Assembly (NCBI GenBank): GCA_963664015.2
Contig: CAXXLF010000002.1
Coordinates: 512,001-576,000, forward strand
DNA from: Candidatus Binatia bacterium
GTDB lineage: Bacteria > Desulfobacterota > Binatia > UBA9968 > CAXXLF01
Reading direction: 5' to 3'
DNA length: 64,000 nt
This document shows, one piece after another, positions 1-11,128 of the stretch; positions within the stretch are counted from its first letter, which is position 1; each line of letters begins with the position of its first letter. The notes below the pieces were generated by a model. It was not told the origin of the DNA. It did no database searches and saw only the letters and a list, made by a program, of their open reading frames with translations. The translations under genes were made by a program, and so were the position numbers.

Positions 1-615
1 CAGAGCCCCTAAAGCCCGGCAGGGGGTTTTGTTCATATACTTCAGGTCCTGATCTCCTCGCGCTTTGATGAGCTGGCGCTCTTCGAATCGGATAAAAGCC
101 AGGAAGGAACCACTGATCATGACGGCAAACCGGCATGCCTAGCAGGCTGCGCGGGACCGAGAAGTTTGCGAATTCGAAAAAACGAATAACGATAGCAACA
201 CCGCACAGAGACCCACAAACTGGAGCCAAAAAGGAGAGGTCAGGCCAATGCCCGGCACCGGCCTGTGCAGAACATAGACGGCCAGCCAGGTTACGATAGA
301 GGTCGAAATATAAATTTGCCGTTCAAAGAGCCTCCCCTGCGGACTTCCAAATAGAACTCGTTTAAAAAAGGGCATGGTCATGAGGATATGGACCATGATA
401 AAGATTACGTAAAGGATCACATTGAACTTAACATTGCCGGAGGATGCCAGGACATCGAGCCGGGAGCCCATGATGAAAGCCGCAGTAACGGTCATGAGAC
501 CGAGATGTAAGAACAACCAGTATATCTTCACGAACATGAAACGCCTCCGGGAAAATAGGTTTCCAATTCCCCGACCAATATACCTGTTTTCCGCTAAACT
601 GTCGAGTCGCTTCAC
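1..615 (-). pseudogene. Disrupted ICMT/NnrU/MddA-like membrane methyltransferase (runs off the window edge)
   Basis: Hydrophobic N-terminal ORF 139..615 (likely start MFVKIYWL). Another frame near 1-130 reads FAVMISGSFLAFIRFEERQLIKARGDQDLKYMNKTP, matching the ICMT-family EExxLxxxxGxxYxxYxxxTP tail. The central RHP motif is absent. Confidence 0.5.
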
Positions 616-742
616 CCGGTCATCGACTGCAAGTTTTTCGCATTTATTTATAAAATGGTCTTTGACAATATATACTGAGCTTTAGTTGACATCCGGGGTC
701 ACGGCTGCAAATGCTTACAAGAAGAGTAAGAGGTAATAGATA

Positions 743-1066
743 ATGCAAAGGACCTCTTGTGTGTTTATTCCGTGCTTTATTGTTATGGGCTGCGCGGCTG
801 CGACTAGCGATCGGAGCGGCCACGGGCACATCGTCTCCTTGTCCTCACGACCTGGAGTCAAGCATCGAATCTTAATTCTACCCGCGATTAGGACCCCCAA
901 GGGAAGCGTTCTGCTATTTAAAGGAGGACGAGGTCAAAGCCCATTTATCATAGCGGTCGATACCTATACACTAAGCGGCAATTTTTTGATCCGAAGCGCC
1001 CCCCTATTCACCCGGCGCGGTTTAAACGCCGTAGTTATCGAAACCCAATCTGGACCTTTATGCTAG
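743..1066 (+). pseudogene. Truncated N-terminal fragment of a lipoprotein alpha/beta-hydrolase
   Basis: Signal/lipobox-like IVMGC, then SRPGVKHRILIL...VLLFKGGRG...GNFLIRSAPLFTRRGLNAVVI. Ends at 107 aa before any GxSxG and overlaps the tctA start. Confidence 0.5.
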
Positions 1067-2553
1067 AGGCGCTGGGGCATGCTTTTGTCAGTGTTTTCTC
1101 GCCAACACATCTTATGATGCTGGTGGCGGGGGTACTCATCGGCCTTTCTCTTGGGGTCATACCGGGAATCGGGGGAGTCACGGGAATGGCGCTGCTCCTA
1201 CCGTTCACCTTCGACATGGATCCGGTATCGTCTTTCTCCTTCCTTATCGGAATGCTCGCGGTAACGACAACGTCGGATACCATTCCCTCGGTTCTGTTTG
1301 CGGTTCCCGGGACAGTCGGATCTCAAGCCACGATAATCGACGGGCATGCTATGGCCAAGCGTGGTGAGGCCGGCCGTGCGTTAGGCGCCGCTTTCACCGT
1401 GTCCGCCCTGGGCGGTCTGTTCGGGGCCATTGTCCTCACTCTATTTATCCCTATTTTGAGATATCTCGTCCTGATCCTCGGAGCGCCCGAGTTCTTCATG
1501 ATGGCCGTCCTCGGGGTATCCATGGTGGCCACGCTGAGCGGGTCGGCCCCGATCAAGGGTATCATTGCCGGCGGTTTCGGGTTTCTCCTTGCGATGGTGG
1601 GAAGCGACCCGATCCTGGGCGTGGACCGATGGACCTTTGATCAGGTCTATCTGTGGGACGGCATCAACGTGGTGCCGTTGTCCCTGGGGCTTTTTGGCCT
1701 GACCGAGATGGCCGATCTCCTGGTGCGTGGAACGAGCATCGCAGACAAATCGGCGAGCTCTTTAAACGGCCAATGGGAAGGCGTGCGCGACGCCTTTCGC
1801 CACAAGTGGCTGGTCCTGCGGTCCAGCGCTCTGGGGGTGTTCATAGGGATCATTCCGGGTCTCGGCAGCCTCGTTGTCGACTGGTTTGCCTATGGACACG
1901 CCCTGCACACGGAAAAAAATACCGAGAAGTTTGGTCAGGGAGATGTCAGGGGTGTCATTGCACCGGAGAGCGCTAACAATGCCAAGGAAGGGGGCGGACT
2001 CATTCCAACCCTTGCCTTCGGCATTCCCGGGAGCACTACCATGGCCCTCTTTCTCGGAGCCATGATCATCCAGGGCCTGTCTCCGGGTCCCGATATGCTC
2101 ACCAAACATCTGGACGTAACCTTTACCATTGCCTGGAGTCTGGCCATAGCCAACGTCCTCGGTACGGGAACCTGCTTTCTACTGGCCGATCGACTGGCCA
2201 AGATCGCCACCATGCGGGCGGGCATCCTGTCCCCTGTTCTCGTGGTCATTATGTTCCTGGGGGCCTTCATGGCCAACCGGCACCGAGGTGATCTTCTGGT
2301 CCTGCTCGTATTCGGTATTGTGGGCTGGAGTATGAAGCGCTTCGGATGGCCCCGGCCGCCCATGCTCATCGGATTCGTTCTTGGCCGGGTTGTTGAAAAA
2401 TACCTCTACATCTCGATTCTGACCTATGGCATGTCCTGGCTGATTCGACCGGGAGTATTGATTTTAATCTTTCTCACGGTGGCGGCCATCGTAGTCCCCG
2501 TCATGAGAAACCGCCGCGCCCGTCGTTCAACTCAGAGAGGTGTGAGCACTTGA
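1060..2553 (+). CDS. tctA: Tripartite tricarboxylate transporter large permease TctA
   Basis: 497 aa, highly hydrophobic; GxxPGIGG, VPGT...ATIIDGH, APESANNA, GIPGS motifs. Confidence 0.93.
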   Translation: MLEALGHAFVSVFSPTHLMMLVAGVLIGLSLGVIPGIGGVTGMALLLPFTFDMDPVSSFSFLIGMLAVTTTSDTIPSVLFAVPGTVGSQATIIDGHAMAKRGEAGRALGAAFTVSALGGLFGAIVLTLFIPILRYLVLILGAPEFFMMAVLGVSMVATLSGSAPIKGIIAGGFGFLLAMVGSDPILGVDRWTFDQVYLWDGINVVPLSLGLFGLTEMADLLVRGTSIADKSASSLNGQWEGVRDAFRHKWLVLRSSALGVFIGIIPGLGSLVVDWFAYGHALHTEKNTEKFGQGDVRGVIAPESANNAKEGGGLIPTLAFGIPGSTTMALFLGAMIIQGLSPGPDMLTKHLDVTFTIAWSLAIANVLGTGTCFLLADRLAKIATMRAGILSPVLVVIMFLGAFMANRHRGDLLVLLVFGIVGWSMKRFGWPRPPMLIGFVLGRVVEKYLYISILTYGMSWLIRPGVLILIFLTVAAIVVPVMRNRRARRSTQRGVST

Positions 2554-3062
2554 AAAACCAAATCTCAAATCTGCTTTTCGATCTATTGGTCGTTGGGCTG
2601 CTGGGAGGCGCCGTTGTCTGGGCAACACGGTGGCCTTTCGAAACCGCCCTGTTCCCCCTCGCTATCGGGGTACCGGTTTTGGTCCTGGCGCTATTTCAGT
2701 TGGGAAAAGACGCTCTCGCCTTGAGCCTAGGGCAATCACAGGAGGGAAGCTTGGTTCAGGAAAGCATCCCTGATGTTCCGACGGACCGCTCGATACCATT
2801 TCACCTGGTCGCCAAGCGTGCGGGAGGCTTCTACGGTTCGGCCATCGGCCTATACCTCCTGGTGTTGATCGTAGGATTCCACGCTGCCGCAGTATTTTTT
2901 CTCGTCGGATTCCTGAGGTTTTACGGTCAAGCGAGTTGGAGTCTCGTCCTCTTGCTGACCGCCGGCGTCCTCCTTCTGATGGTCGGGCTCTTCGACCAGC
3001 TTCTACACGTTCCCTGGCCTGAACCTCTGATCCGGTCCCTGTTCGAACGGACAACCGGTTAG
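2550..3062 (+). CDS. tctB: Tripartite tricarboxylate transporter small permease TctB
   Basis: 170 aa, 4-5 TM helices, FP motif after TM1, C-terminal LFxxLLxVPWP; overlaps tctA stop by 4 nt. Confidence 0.8.
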   Translation: MKNQISNLLFDLLVVGLLGGAVVWATRWPFETALFPLAIGVPVLVLALFQLGKDALALSLGQSQEGSLVQESIPDVPTDRSIPFHLVAKRAGGFYGSAIGLYLLVLIVGFHAAAVFFLVGFLRFYGQASWSLVLLLTAGVLLLMVGLFDQLLHVPWPEPLIRSLFERTTG

Positions 3063-3074
3063 GGAACAACCGGC

Positions 3075-4097
3075 CTAATTTAACACGCCTACGTATTTTC
3101 TCTCGATGATCTGTTTGAGGTCTTTTACCTCTTTGTCTTTGAGCGTGGTGAAAACCTCTGCCTGTTTGCGAAGTGTTTCAGGAGGATCCCAACCTATTTT
3201 CAGATTCATACGCTCGGCTTCCTTAAGCGCCTCCTTGTCCTTGGTAAGATTGAGCAGTGCTTGTTGAAGAAACCGCCTCTTCTTCGGATCGATTTTTGGC
3301 GTGGAGAGAGTGGCCCGCATCAAGCCCGAGAACGAGATCAAGTAATCGACCCACGGTTGCCTGGCGTTGAGTTTCTTCAAGGAAGGCGCTTCCCGCATTC
3401 TCGAGTCCGGTTTGATCACCGCCAGGACCTTTACCACGTCCTTGAACTTGAGGGCGCCCGTAATGCTCCCCGCAGTGGCGTCCAGCTCCCCGCGCAGGAT
3501 TGCTGCGATACGCCCAGAGAACCCTCCGTATCCCGGTACAATCGTGATATTGGACAGTCCCAGCGCTTCGGCAAACAGCCCCTCGTAAAAGGGCGATGAG
3601 GCACCTACGCGGATTTTACCCATCTTGCGAAGCTTATCGAGATCAGTCGGCAGATCCTTTCTGATAAGGATGGCGGTGTCCGGCGCCATTGTGCGTCCGA
3701 GATAAGTGAAGTTGTTAAAATTATACCGAACGCCTTTGCGCTTGAAGAGATCGAAGGCAACTATCTTGGTATGGGCCGTAAGGAGCGTCAAACCATCAGC
3801 CCGGCTCTTATACAGCTTGTTGTAACCGATAACTCCACCGCCGCCGGGTATATTCTGCACGATGGTCTTGGCCCCGGTATGCTTGGGTAAATACCGAGCC
3901 ATCCAGCGAGCGTGAATATCGAATGATCCCCCGGGCGCGTACTGCACCAGGATGCGCATTCGCTTTCCCTGGTAGAACTCCCCTCCTGCCGCCTCGGCGG
4001 TTGCCGTAGTGAAGGATAACTCTTGTAGAGAAAATGAAACAGGAGCAGAAACAATAAAAAGGAACAGAATGGATACGAACAGCAAAGATCTTTTCAT
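3075..4097 (-). CDS. tctC: TTT substrate-binding protein (TctC/Bug family)
   Basis: Signal peptide; VQYAPGGSFD, VQNIPGGGG, ADGLTL, VPGYGG...AILRGELD motifs. Confidence 0.88.
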   Translation of the reverse strand: MKRSLLFVSILFLFIVSAPVSFSLQELSFTTATAEAAGGEFYQGKRMRILVQYAPGGSFDIHARWMARYLPKHTGAKTIVQNIPGGGGVIGYNKLYKSRADGLTLLTAHTKIVAFDLFKRKGVRYNFNNFTYLGRTMAPDTAILIRKDLPTDLDKLRKMGKIRVGASSPFYEGLFAEALGLSNITIVPGYGGFSGRIAAILRGELDATAGSITGALKFKDVVKVLAVIKPDSRMREAPSLKKLNARQPWVDYLISFSGLMRATLSTPKIDPKKRRFLQQALLNLTKDKEALKEAERMNLKIGWDPPETLRKQAEVFTTLKDKEVKDLKQIIERKYVGVLN

Positions 4098-4265
4098 AAC
4101 AGATCCTCCGACAAATAAGTTAGCTACTCTTATCCCTGATACAGCAATAAAATCAAGCCGGTCGACCAGAAAAAACCGGTATTAAATCAGGTCGAAGAAT
4201 TCAAGCCCTTCAAGTTGTTCCAATCGTAATTTCATTTATAACTTTTGGACCTGAGTGGGTAGTCA

Positions 4266-6290
4266 CTACTTTGCCCCCTGGCTGATCAGGCGCTGAGAGT
4301 TCTCCGTCGCAACCTTGCGAGCCACCTTGGGTTTCAAGGCAACTAGGGCTGTCCTAATGATGCGAATGCGGCGGTTATAATCCTCCAGTTGACTGGGGCC
4401 CGCCCCATTATTAACGGCAACCAAGAAACGCTCATGGAATTCTCCGATAATTTTACCCCAGGGGGTAAGAAATCGGTGATTTTCATCAATCAATGGGGCG
4501 GAAAACTCATTCTGCGCCTGCTTTTGGATCCAGGCCAGGTCGCACCGGAGATTCGGGAGTTGCCGGACTAATATACGGATCTCTTGCGGGGAGGAGAACC
4601 CGCACCAATGGGCCCAGATGACGGTCGCCTTTGGCTCACGGGTCAGATTATCGACCAGCTCTTTGAATTCATGCGTTCGGCTCCAGTGTTCCCCCTCTTT
4701 TTCATACGGATTGTGATGGATGGTTATCGGCAAGCCCATCTCTACGGACAGACCCAACAGTTCCTGTAAAACTTTCGTGTCCGGCGGTACATGAAGCCGG
4801 CCGCCAAGCTGCCCACGGATTGAAACCTCACCGAGCCATCCGAATCTGCCCGCGCGTGCTTTCTGTGTTACCTCCCGTAGAAAAGGATGCGTGAGCTGCC
4901 GCCAGCCCTTATTTTGGAAGCCGACGCCGGTGATGACCCGATTCGGATAACGTCCTTGAAAATCCTGGGTATTATCATCGGTCCAGCCACCGCGCGCTTT
5001 TACAAAGATAACCACCTTGTCAATGTTATTCCGGTGCATCGCTTTCACGAGGCCGTCGGGATTGGCCCTTTCCCCAGCGAGGTGGCGGTGACTGTCTGAG
5101 ATAACTCCTTTGTATTTATTAAGCACTTTACGCCGAGGTGAAGTACCAGCAACCTGCTGTTTTTCTTGCCTCCTGTTTACGGTCTGCCAGGTTCGTCCGG
5201 TAATGAGCTGCCAGGCATTGCGATACCCAATGTTGTGCTTGGCCTCATCCGGCAGATTCCTCAGGATCAAACCAACATTGCCGACTTTGTCGGGTTAATG
5301 TTCCGGCAAAGACCTTCGGCCGCCACCGTAATCGGTACCCACGACGAATCGGCCGATAAACTCGGCCAGGATCGCCTTGTATTCCGGCTTCAGCACGTCC
5401 TTCTGACTACCGAGGGAACCGTCCTGCCAGATCACTGTGTCCAACACGTTGCCCTCGCACCGGTACCGGCGACCGGGAGGACCGGTGGAAAGGTCGTAGT
5501 ATAGTTGCCGTAGGTCGCGAACAGCCGGCGAATCAGTTTGGGGCCGTAACGCCTTTGTTTTTCCGGATGACGAATCTGGCCGAAATATGCGATAATCACC
5601 TTTGCCTTTGAATACGCTTTCAGCATGAATTCCAATGCGTCAAGAGCATGATCTTCCGGCTCATGGTGGATGACAAGGAGGAGGCCGGTATTGGACGACA
5701 AGCGGAAGAGCCGGTGACCGTTGGCACCCTCGAGGGGAATGTTTGAGTCACGATCGGTTCGTCCCCTCTTGCACTGACGGTTGGACATGCAGTGACGAAA
5801 ATCAAATTCGCCCATGATCGCATAGGTGCCGCTACGGACATGCTTTTCGACCTGCTTGATGAAGCTACCCTTTTCCTCAAGCCAGTTCTTGCTTGTCCCT
5901 CGTTGGTCATCGGGATGAAGCGGTCAGGGTAGGCATTGACGACCTCGTTGGTGTAAGTACTCCAGCGGTAACCGCTCTGTTCCTCGCTCCGCCTCGGCGC
6001 CTGCTTTCCATCAAAGGCGATCAGAGACACCCCCAGCTCATCCATGACCGGGAGGGCGTTTTCGAGGTGACGTTCCCCATCTGGGCGTTTTAGGCTCGCC
6101 TGGAGGTCGATTTACGGGACAACGCCTTTATCGAGAAAGGACTGCACCCGGGCACTCGACTTCGCTTCAAGCTCTAGCGTGTGTAATTGATTTTGACCGG
6201 CTCCTGGGAACGAACCATTCCCGGTGAGCACGTGAGCGTAACGGAGAGTGAAAGGAAGCAATAGATTGGAAGGTATGGTTCCAAATTACG
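4266..6290 (-). pseudogene. Decayed secreted protein with two tandem amidohydrolase (TIM-barrel) domains
   Basis: Fragments 5620..6045, 5432..5815 and 4266..5270 in shifted frames; TAA at 6112-6114. Domain 1 ends LRNLPDEAKHNIGYRNAWQL and runs in frame into domain 2 (DSHRH, GEV, TIHH, WAHWC, KVATENSQRL). 5' boundary approximate. Confidence 0.65.
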
Positions 6291-6351
6291 ACGTCGGAAT
6301 GGAATATACTACCTCTTAATACTAGGATACGTCCGAATTTCTATAAGGCTA

Positions 6352-6939
6352 TCATCGCATGACCAGAGTCGCGGTCTCGCCTTTTTGGCCGTAGAAGTGG
6401 CGATGGACGCGGTCGAGCTTCTGAGCCTCGAGACGAATAATCTTGCTCCCCTCGTTCCCCGCGGTGCCCGTCATGTGGATCTCACCCGGTAGAAAAAACG
6501 CAGCCTGCCCCGTCGTCTGGGTAAAGCGGTCATAGATTTCCAACTTGGGCTTCATACGATCTCCGTTCTCGGGACAGGCCCAGCGAAACTTCAGCTGCTG
6601 TGTGGCACCCTTGTATACGCCGTAGACAACCCAGGAAGCTCCGTGATCATGGGGATAGCGCTCGCGCGAGCCACCTCCCCCCGTGGGGTCGGCAATCGTG
6701 GTCATCAAGCAGAAGCCCGGGTCCGGATGGCCGCGCTCTCCGTCCACATGCAGATCGATTCGGCCCGTACGCCCGTCGGCGCGCCGCTTGATTTCGTCCT
6801 CCAGGTCGGGAACAACCAGAAGGGTCTCCATATGCTTGGCTATGGCCCCAGCCTGTGCACGCGGATCCGTGTTTTCTGCGAAGACCTGCTGCGCCTCATG
6901 GATAAACCGATCGATACAATTATCGTTTGAATCTGCCAT
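6352..6939 (-). CDS. Cupin, cysteine-dioxygenase-like (predicted metal-dependent enzyme)
   Basis: PHDHGASWVVYGVYKG and PGEIH motifs; AGGAGG upstream of ATG 6939. Confidence 0.75.
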   Translation of the reverse strand: MADSNDNCIDRFIHEAQQVFAENTDPRAQAGAIAKHMETLLVVPDLEDEIKRRADGRTGRIDLHVDGERGHPDPGFCLMTTIADPTGGGGSRERYPHDHGASWVVYGVYKGATQQLKFRWACPENGDRMKPKLEIYDRFTQTTGQAAFFLPGEIHMTGTAGNEGSKIIRLEAQKLDRVHRHFYGQKGETATLVMR

Positions 6940-7177
6940 GGCACTACCTCCTATCAAGATTACGCCAATTCAAAATTGATTGATCAGATAGAAATGTTAA
7001 ACTATTTCAAATTTGACCCCTTTGCAACGGTTCAAGCAGATCAAACGTCTTAAACAACCTGGATCCATTGGCCTGCCATACGGAGGCCCGGGGATCAGGG
7101 CCCGGTTTCCCCTAACAAATTGCTAAAAAGCCCGGGCAGCAGCCTGCTAGTGAAATCCGGAGATTATGCTAAGCTCA

Positions 7178-7347
7178 TGAAGCCTTAACGGCTTACGCCC
7201 GTGTTATCTATCATTTCTTCGGCGGAAACCGCCGAAGCGCCCTCCTTCACTCCTTGAGCTTCGGCCGTTGCCGACGAAGGTCGGAGGGTCCGACCGGCGC
7301 ATTCATCCATGGGCTTACGCCTATCGACTTCTGCGAAGGCGGATAAA
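7178..7347 (+). repeat. Palindromic intergenic element, family 1, copy A (longest)
   Basis: tgaagcctt-aacggcttacgcccgtg hairpin, cttcggcgg-aaa-ccgccgaag hairpin, second cttacgcc hairpin, end ctgcgaaggcggataaa. Shared with 11990, 54423 and 56691. Confidence 0.75.
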
Positions 7348-7370
7348 CATCATCAACGTAAGAGACAGCG

Positions 7371-10300
7371 ATGAAAGACCCCGTAAAACAAATCCAAGAT
7401 CTTATCTCCAAGAGGATCCTACTCTTCGACGGCGCCATGGGGACCATGATCCAGGCCCTCAAATTCGAGGAGAAGGACTTTCGCGGCGAGCCGTTCGCCA
7501 AGCACGATTGGCCCCTCAAGGGATGCAACGATCTGCTCTCGGTAACCCAAGCCAAGGCTATCGAAAAGATTCACAAGGCCTACCTCGATGCGGGTGCCGA
7601 CATAATTTCAACCAACACCTTCAACTCCAATGCCATCTCGCTAGCGGACTACGGACTGGAAAAAGAGGTCTACAACATCAACCTGGAGGCGGCCCAGATC
7701 GCCCGCCTCACCGTTAAAGAAACCGTCAATAAGGATCCGGGGCGTCCCCGTTTCGTTGCCGGTGCTATAGGCCCGACGAACAGGACCGCGTCCCTCTCAC
7801 CGGACGTCAACAACCCTGCCTACCGGGCCGTAAACTTCGACGATCTGGTTCAGGTCTATTCGGAACAGGTCCGGGGCCTGCTCGATGGGGGGGTGGACAT
7901 CCTGATTGCAGAGACCACCTTCGACACACTGAATTTAAAGGCCTGCCTGTTCGCTATCGAAAGCCTGCTGAGGGAACGAAGCATCCGGATTCCGGTCTTT
8001 GCCTCTATGACCATCACGGACCGAAGCGGCCGCACCCTTTCGGGGCAAACCCTCGAGGCTTTTCTTACTTCCATATCCCAAGCAGACCTGACGGCCGTTG
8101 GAATCAACTGTGCCTTGGGACCCAATTTGATGGGGCCCCACGTGGAGGAACTCGCGCGTCTTGCTCCCATTCCCGTCTTCGCTTACCCCAACGCCGGCTT
8201 ACCCAACGAGTTCGGCGGTTACGACCTGGCCCCCAAGGATATGGCCAGCTCACTGTCCGAGTGGATCAAAGAGGGATGGGTTAACATACTGGGTGGATGC
8301 TGCGGAACGACACCGGAGCACATTGCGGCGATCGCCGCCGTTGCCAAGGGTGCCACCCCCCGCATACCACCGGAGCCCGATGGTTTTACCCACCTGAGCG
8401 GACTGGAGGTGCTAACTATCCGTCCCGAATCCAACTTCATCATGATCGGTGAGCGCACCAATGTCGCAGGGTCGCGCCGGTTCGCCCGGTTGATACGGGA
8501 GGAGCAATACGAAGAGGCCCTGACCGTTGCGCGAACTCAGGTCGAGGACGGAGCCAATATTATCGACATCAACATGGACGAGGGGATGTTAGACTCGGTC
8601 AAGGCCATGGGCGAGTTTCTCAACTACATTGCTGCCGAGCCCGAAATCTCCCGTGTCCCCATCATGATCGATAGTTCCAACTTCGAGGTTATCGAAGCTG
8701 GGCTCAAGTGTGTCCAGGGGAAGGCAGTCGTCAATTCCATCTCTCTCAAGGAGGGAGAGGAGGAATTCAGACGGCAAGCCCGCCTCGTCAAGCAGTACGG
8801 GGCAGCGGTGGTCGTCATGGCCTTCGACGAGAAAAAACAGGCGACTAGCGTCGAAGAGCGGGTCCAAGTGGTCAAACGTTGCCACCGGATCCTAACCGAG
8901 GAGATAGGCTTTGACGAAAGCGACGTCATTTTCGATACGAACATCCTCGTTGTGGCTACGGGAATTGAAGAGCACAATGACTACGCCGTGAGTTTCATCG
9001 AGGCGGCGCGCCAGATCAAGGCGCTCTTTCCCCGCTGTCACATCTCCGGAGGCGTGAGCAATCTCTCCTTTTCCTTTCGCGGTAACGACACCATCCGTGA
9101 GGCCATGCACTCGGCCTTTCTCTACCACGCGATCCAGGCCGGCATGGACATGGGCATCGTGAACGCTAGCCAGCTCATTGTGTACGAAGATATCCCCGAG
9201 GACCTTCTTAGGGTAGTAGAAGATGTTATTTTCAACCGCCACCCGGACACTACCGAGCGCCTGTTGGAATTTGCCGAGACGGTCAAGGGCGTCAAAAAAG
9301 AAGTCGAAGAAGAATCGATGCGAGAGCTAGAAGACGTCGATCACCGCCTCTCCCACGCCATCATCAAGGGCATCACCACTTACATCGAGCCCGACCTTGA
9401 AGAGGCACTCCAAAAATACGAGCGGCCGCTTCAGATCATCGAAGGCCCCATGATGGACGGGATGAACGTAGTGGGAGACCTCTTTGGGGAGGGAAAGATG
9501 TTTCTCCCCCAGGTGGTAAAAAGCGCACGTGTGATGAAAAAAGCGGTCGCCTATCTGACCCCCCTTATAGAGGCCGAAAAGAAAACGGGACAGGGCACCC
9601 GTACACGAAAGAAACTGGTTATGGCCACGGTCAAGGGCGACGTCCATGATATCGGCAAGAACATCGTCGGTGTAGTGCTCGGCTGCAACAACTATGAAGT
9701 TGTCGATCTGGGCGTGATGGTCCCATCGGACAAGATTATTCAAACGGCCATCGACGAAAAGGCCGACATTGTCGGGCTGAGCGGGTTGATTACACCTTCC
9801 CTGGATGAGATGGTCCACGTGGCTCGAGAGATGGAACGCCACGGCATGAAGGTCCCGCTTCTTATCGGCGGTGCAACAACAAGCAAACGTCACACGGCGG
9901 TCAAGATTGCTCCCGGCTATGGGCACGAGGTTATCCACGTTATCGACGCATCGCGGGCCGTACCCGTCGTGGGAAATCTCATAAAACCCGACACGCGCAA
10001 GGCACTTGATGCGAAAAATCGTGCGGAACAACGGGTGCTCCTGGAGCAGTTCGAGAAAAAGCAAGCGGCACCGTTGCTAACCTACGAAGAGGCAATCCGG
10101 CGAAAAAAACACATCGAATGGGACGACTCGGACATCTCGGTTCCCCAGTTCACCGGAACAAGGGTGCTCCCGGACCATCCGCTATCGGACCTTGTCCCTT
10201 ATATTGATTGGTCGCCGTTCTTTCACGCCTGGGAGATCCGTGGAAGGTTTCCGGGGCTTCTCGATGATCCGACAAGAGGCCAGGCTGCCCGTGAACTGTT

Positions 10301-11078
10301 CGACAATGCCCAGGAGTTGCTGCAGGAAATCGTTGACAAAAAGCTACTCACCGCGCACGGCGTCTACAGCTTTTACCCCGCCAACAGCAACGGCGACGAC
10401 ATCGTGCTCTATTCAGACATCTCCCGATCAAAAGAACTCAAACGATTCCATACTCTACGGCAGCAAAAGGAAAATCAGCGCAGCTCCTCCCAGCTAGCCC
10501 TGGCCGATTTTGTCGCCCCGCATCAGACGGGACTGGTGGATTACATCGGCGCTTTCGCCGTAACTGCGGGACATGGAACGGATGAGCTCGTCGCGCGTTT
10601 TGAGAAAGACAACGACCCGTACAACTCGATCATGGCCAAGGCCCTAGCGGACCGCCTGGCCGAAGCCTTCGCCGAATACCTTCACCAGAAGGTCCGCTTC
10701 GAATGGGGCTACGGAAAGGATGAGAACTTGAAACACGAGCATCTGATCGCCGAGCAGTACCGGGGCATCCGCCCCGCCCCCGGTTATCCCGCCTGTCCGG
10801 ACCATACTGAGAAATCGACCCTCTTCGAACTGCTTGGAGTGGAAAAGGCGACGGGTATCACCATGACGGAGCATTACGCCATGCTCCCCCATGCCACCAT
10901 CTGCGGCCTCTATTTCGCCCACAAAGAAGTGCGCTACTTTGCCGTGGGCTCTATCGACAGGGACCAGGTCAAATCTTACGCCGCGCGCAAAGGGATGACC
11001 GTTGCCGAAGTGGAGCGATGGCTCTCCCCCAATCTGGGATACGAGCCGAACCCCACAAAGCAAAAAGCTAAGATCTAG
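7371..11078 (+). CDS. metH: B12-dependent methionine synthase
   Basis: 1235 aa; [50 protein letters not shown]. Confidence 0.98.
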   Translation: MKDPVKQIQDLISKRILLFDGAMGTMIQALKFEEKDFRGEPFAKHDWPLKGCNDLLSVTQAKAIEKIHKAYLDAGADIISTNTFNSNAISLADYGLEKEVYNINLEAAQIARLTVKETVNKDPGRPRFVAGAIGPTNRTASLSPDVNNPAYRAVNFDDLVQVYSEQVRGLLDGGVDILIAETTFDTLNLKACLFAIESLLRERSIRIPVFASMTITDRSGRTLSGQTLEAFLTSISQADLTAVGINCALGPNLMGPHVEELARLAPIPVFAYPNAGLPNEFGGYDLAPKDMASSLSEWIKEGWVNILGGCCGTTPEHIAAIAAVAKGATPRIPPEPDGFTHLSGLEVLTIRPESNFIMIGERTNVAGSRRFARLIREEQYEEALTVARTQVEDGANIIDINMDEGMLDSVKAMGEFLNYIAAEPEISRVPIMIDSSNFEVIEAGLKCVQGKAVVNSISLKEGEEEFRRQARLVKQYGAAVVVMAFDEKKQATSVEERVQVVKRCHRILTEEIGFDESDVIFDTNILVVATGIEEHNDYAVSFIEAARQIKALFPRCHISGGVSNLSFSFRGNDTIREAMHSAFLYHAIQAGMDMGIVNASQLIVYEDIPEDLLRVVEDVIFNRHPDTTERLLEFAETVKGVKKEVEEESMRELEDVDHRLSHAIIKGITTYIEPDLEEALQKYERPLQIIEGPMMDGMNVVGDLFGEGKMFLPQVVKSARVMKKAVAYLTPLIEAEKKTGQGTRTRKKLVMATVKGDVHDIGKNIVGVVLGCNNYEVVDLGVMVPSDKIIQTAIDEKADIVGLSGLITPSLDEMVHVAREMERHGMKVPLLIGGATTSKRHTAVKIAPGYGHEVIHVIDASRAVPVVGNLIKPDTRKALDAKNRAEQRVLLEQFEKKQAAPLLTYEEAIRRKKHIEWDDSDISVPQFTGTRVLPDHPLSDLVPYIDWSPFFHAWEIRGRFPGLLDDPTRGQAARELFDNAQELLQEIVDKKLLTAHGVYSFYPANSNGDDIVLYSDISRSKELKRFHTLRQQKENQRSSSQLALADFVAPHQTGLVDYIGAFAVTAGHGTDELVARFEKDNDPYNSIMAKALADRLAEAFAEYLHQKVRFEWGYGKDENLKHEHLIAEQYRGIRPAPGYPACPDHTEKSTLFELLGVEKATGITMTEHYAMLPHATICGLYFAHKEVRYFAVGSIDRDQVKSYAARKGMTVAEVERWLSPNLGYEPNPTKQKAKI

Positions 11079-11128
11079 TTGGATCAGTTAAAGGGGAAGG
11101 ACCGCTTGATTGCACCGCAAGGCTTTCG

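Noticed and set aside
7112-7150. Collapsed IS5/IS1182-like inverted ends (ctaacaaattgctaaaaa / gcagcctgctag)
   Set aside because: Too short and mismatched, single copy, and no transposase or target duplication.
7150-7370. SAM or cobalamin riboswitch upstream of metH
   Set aside because: No riboswitch consensus recognised; the hairpins belong to a repeat also found at unrelated loci.
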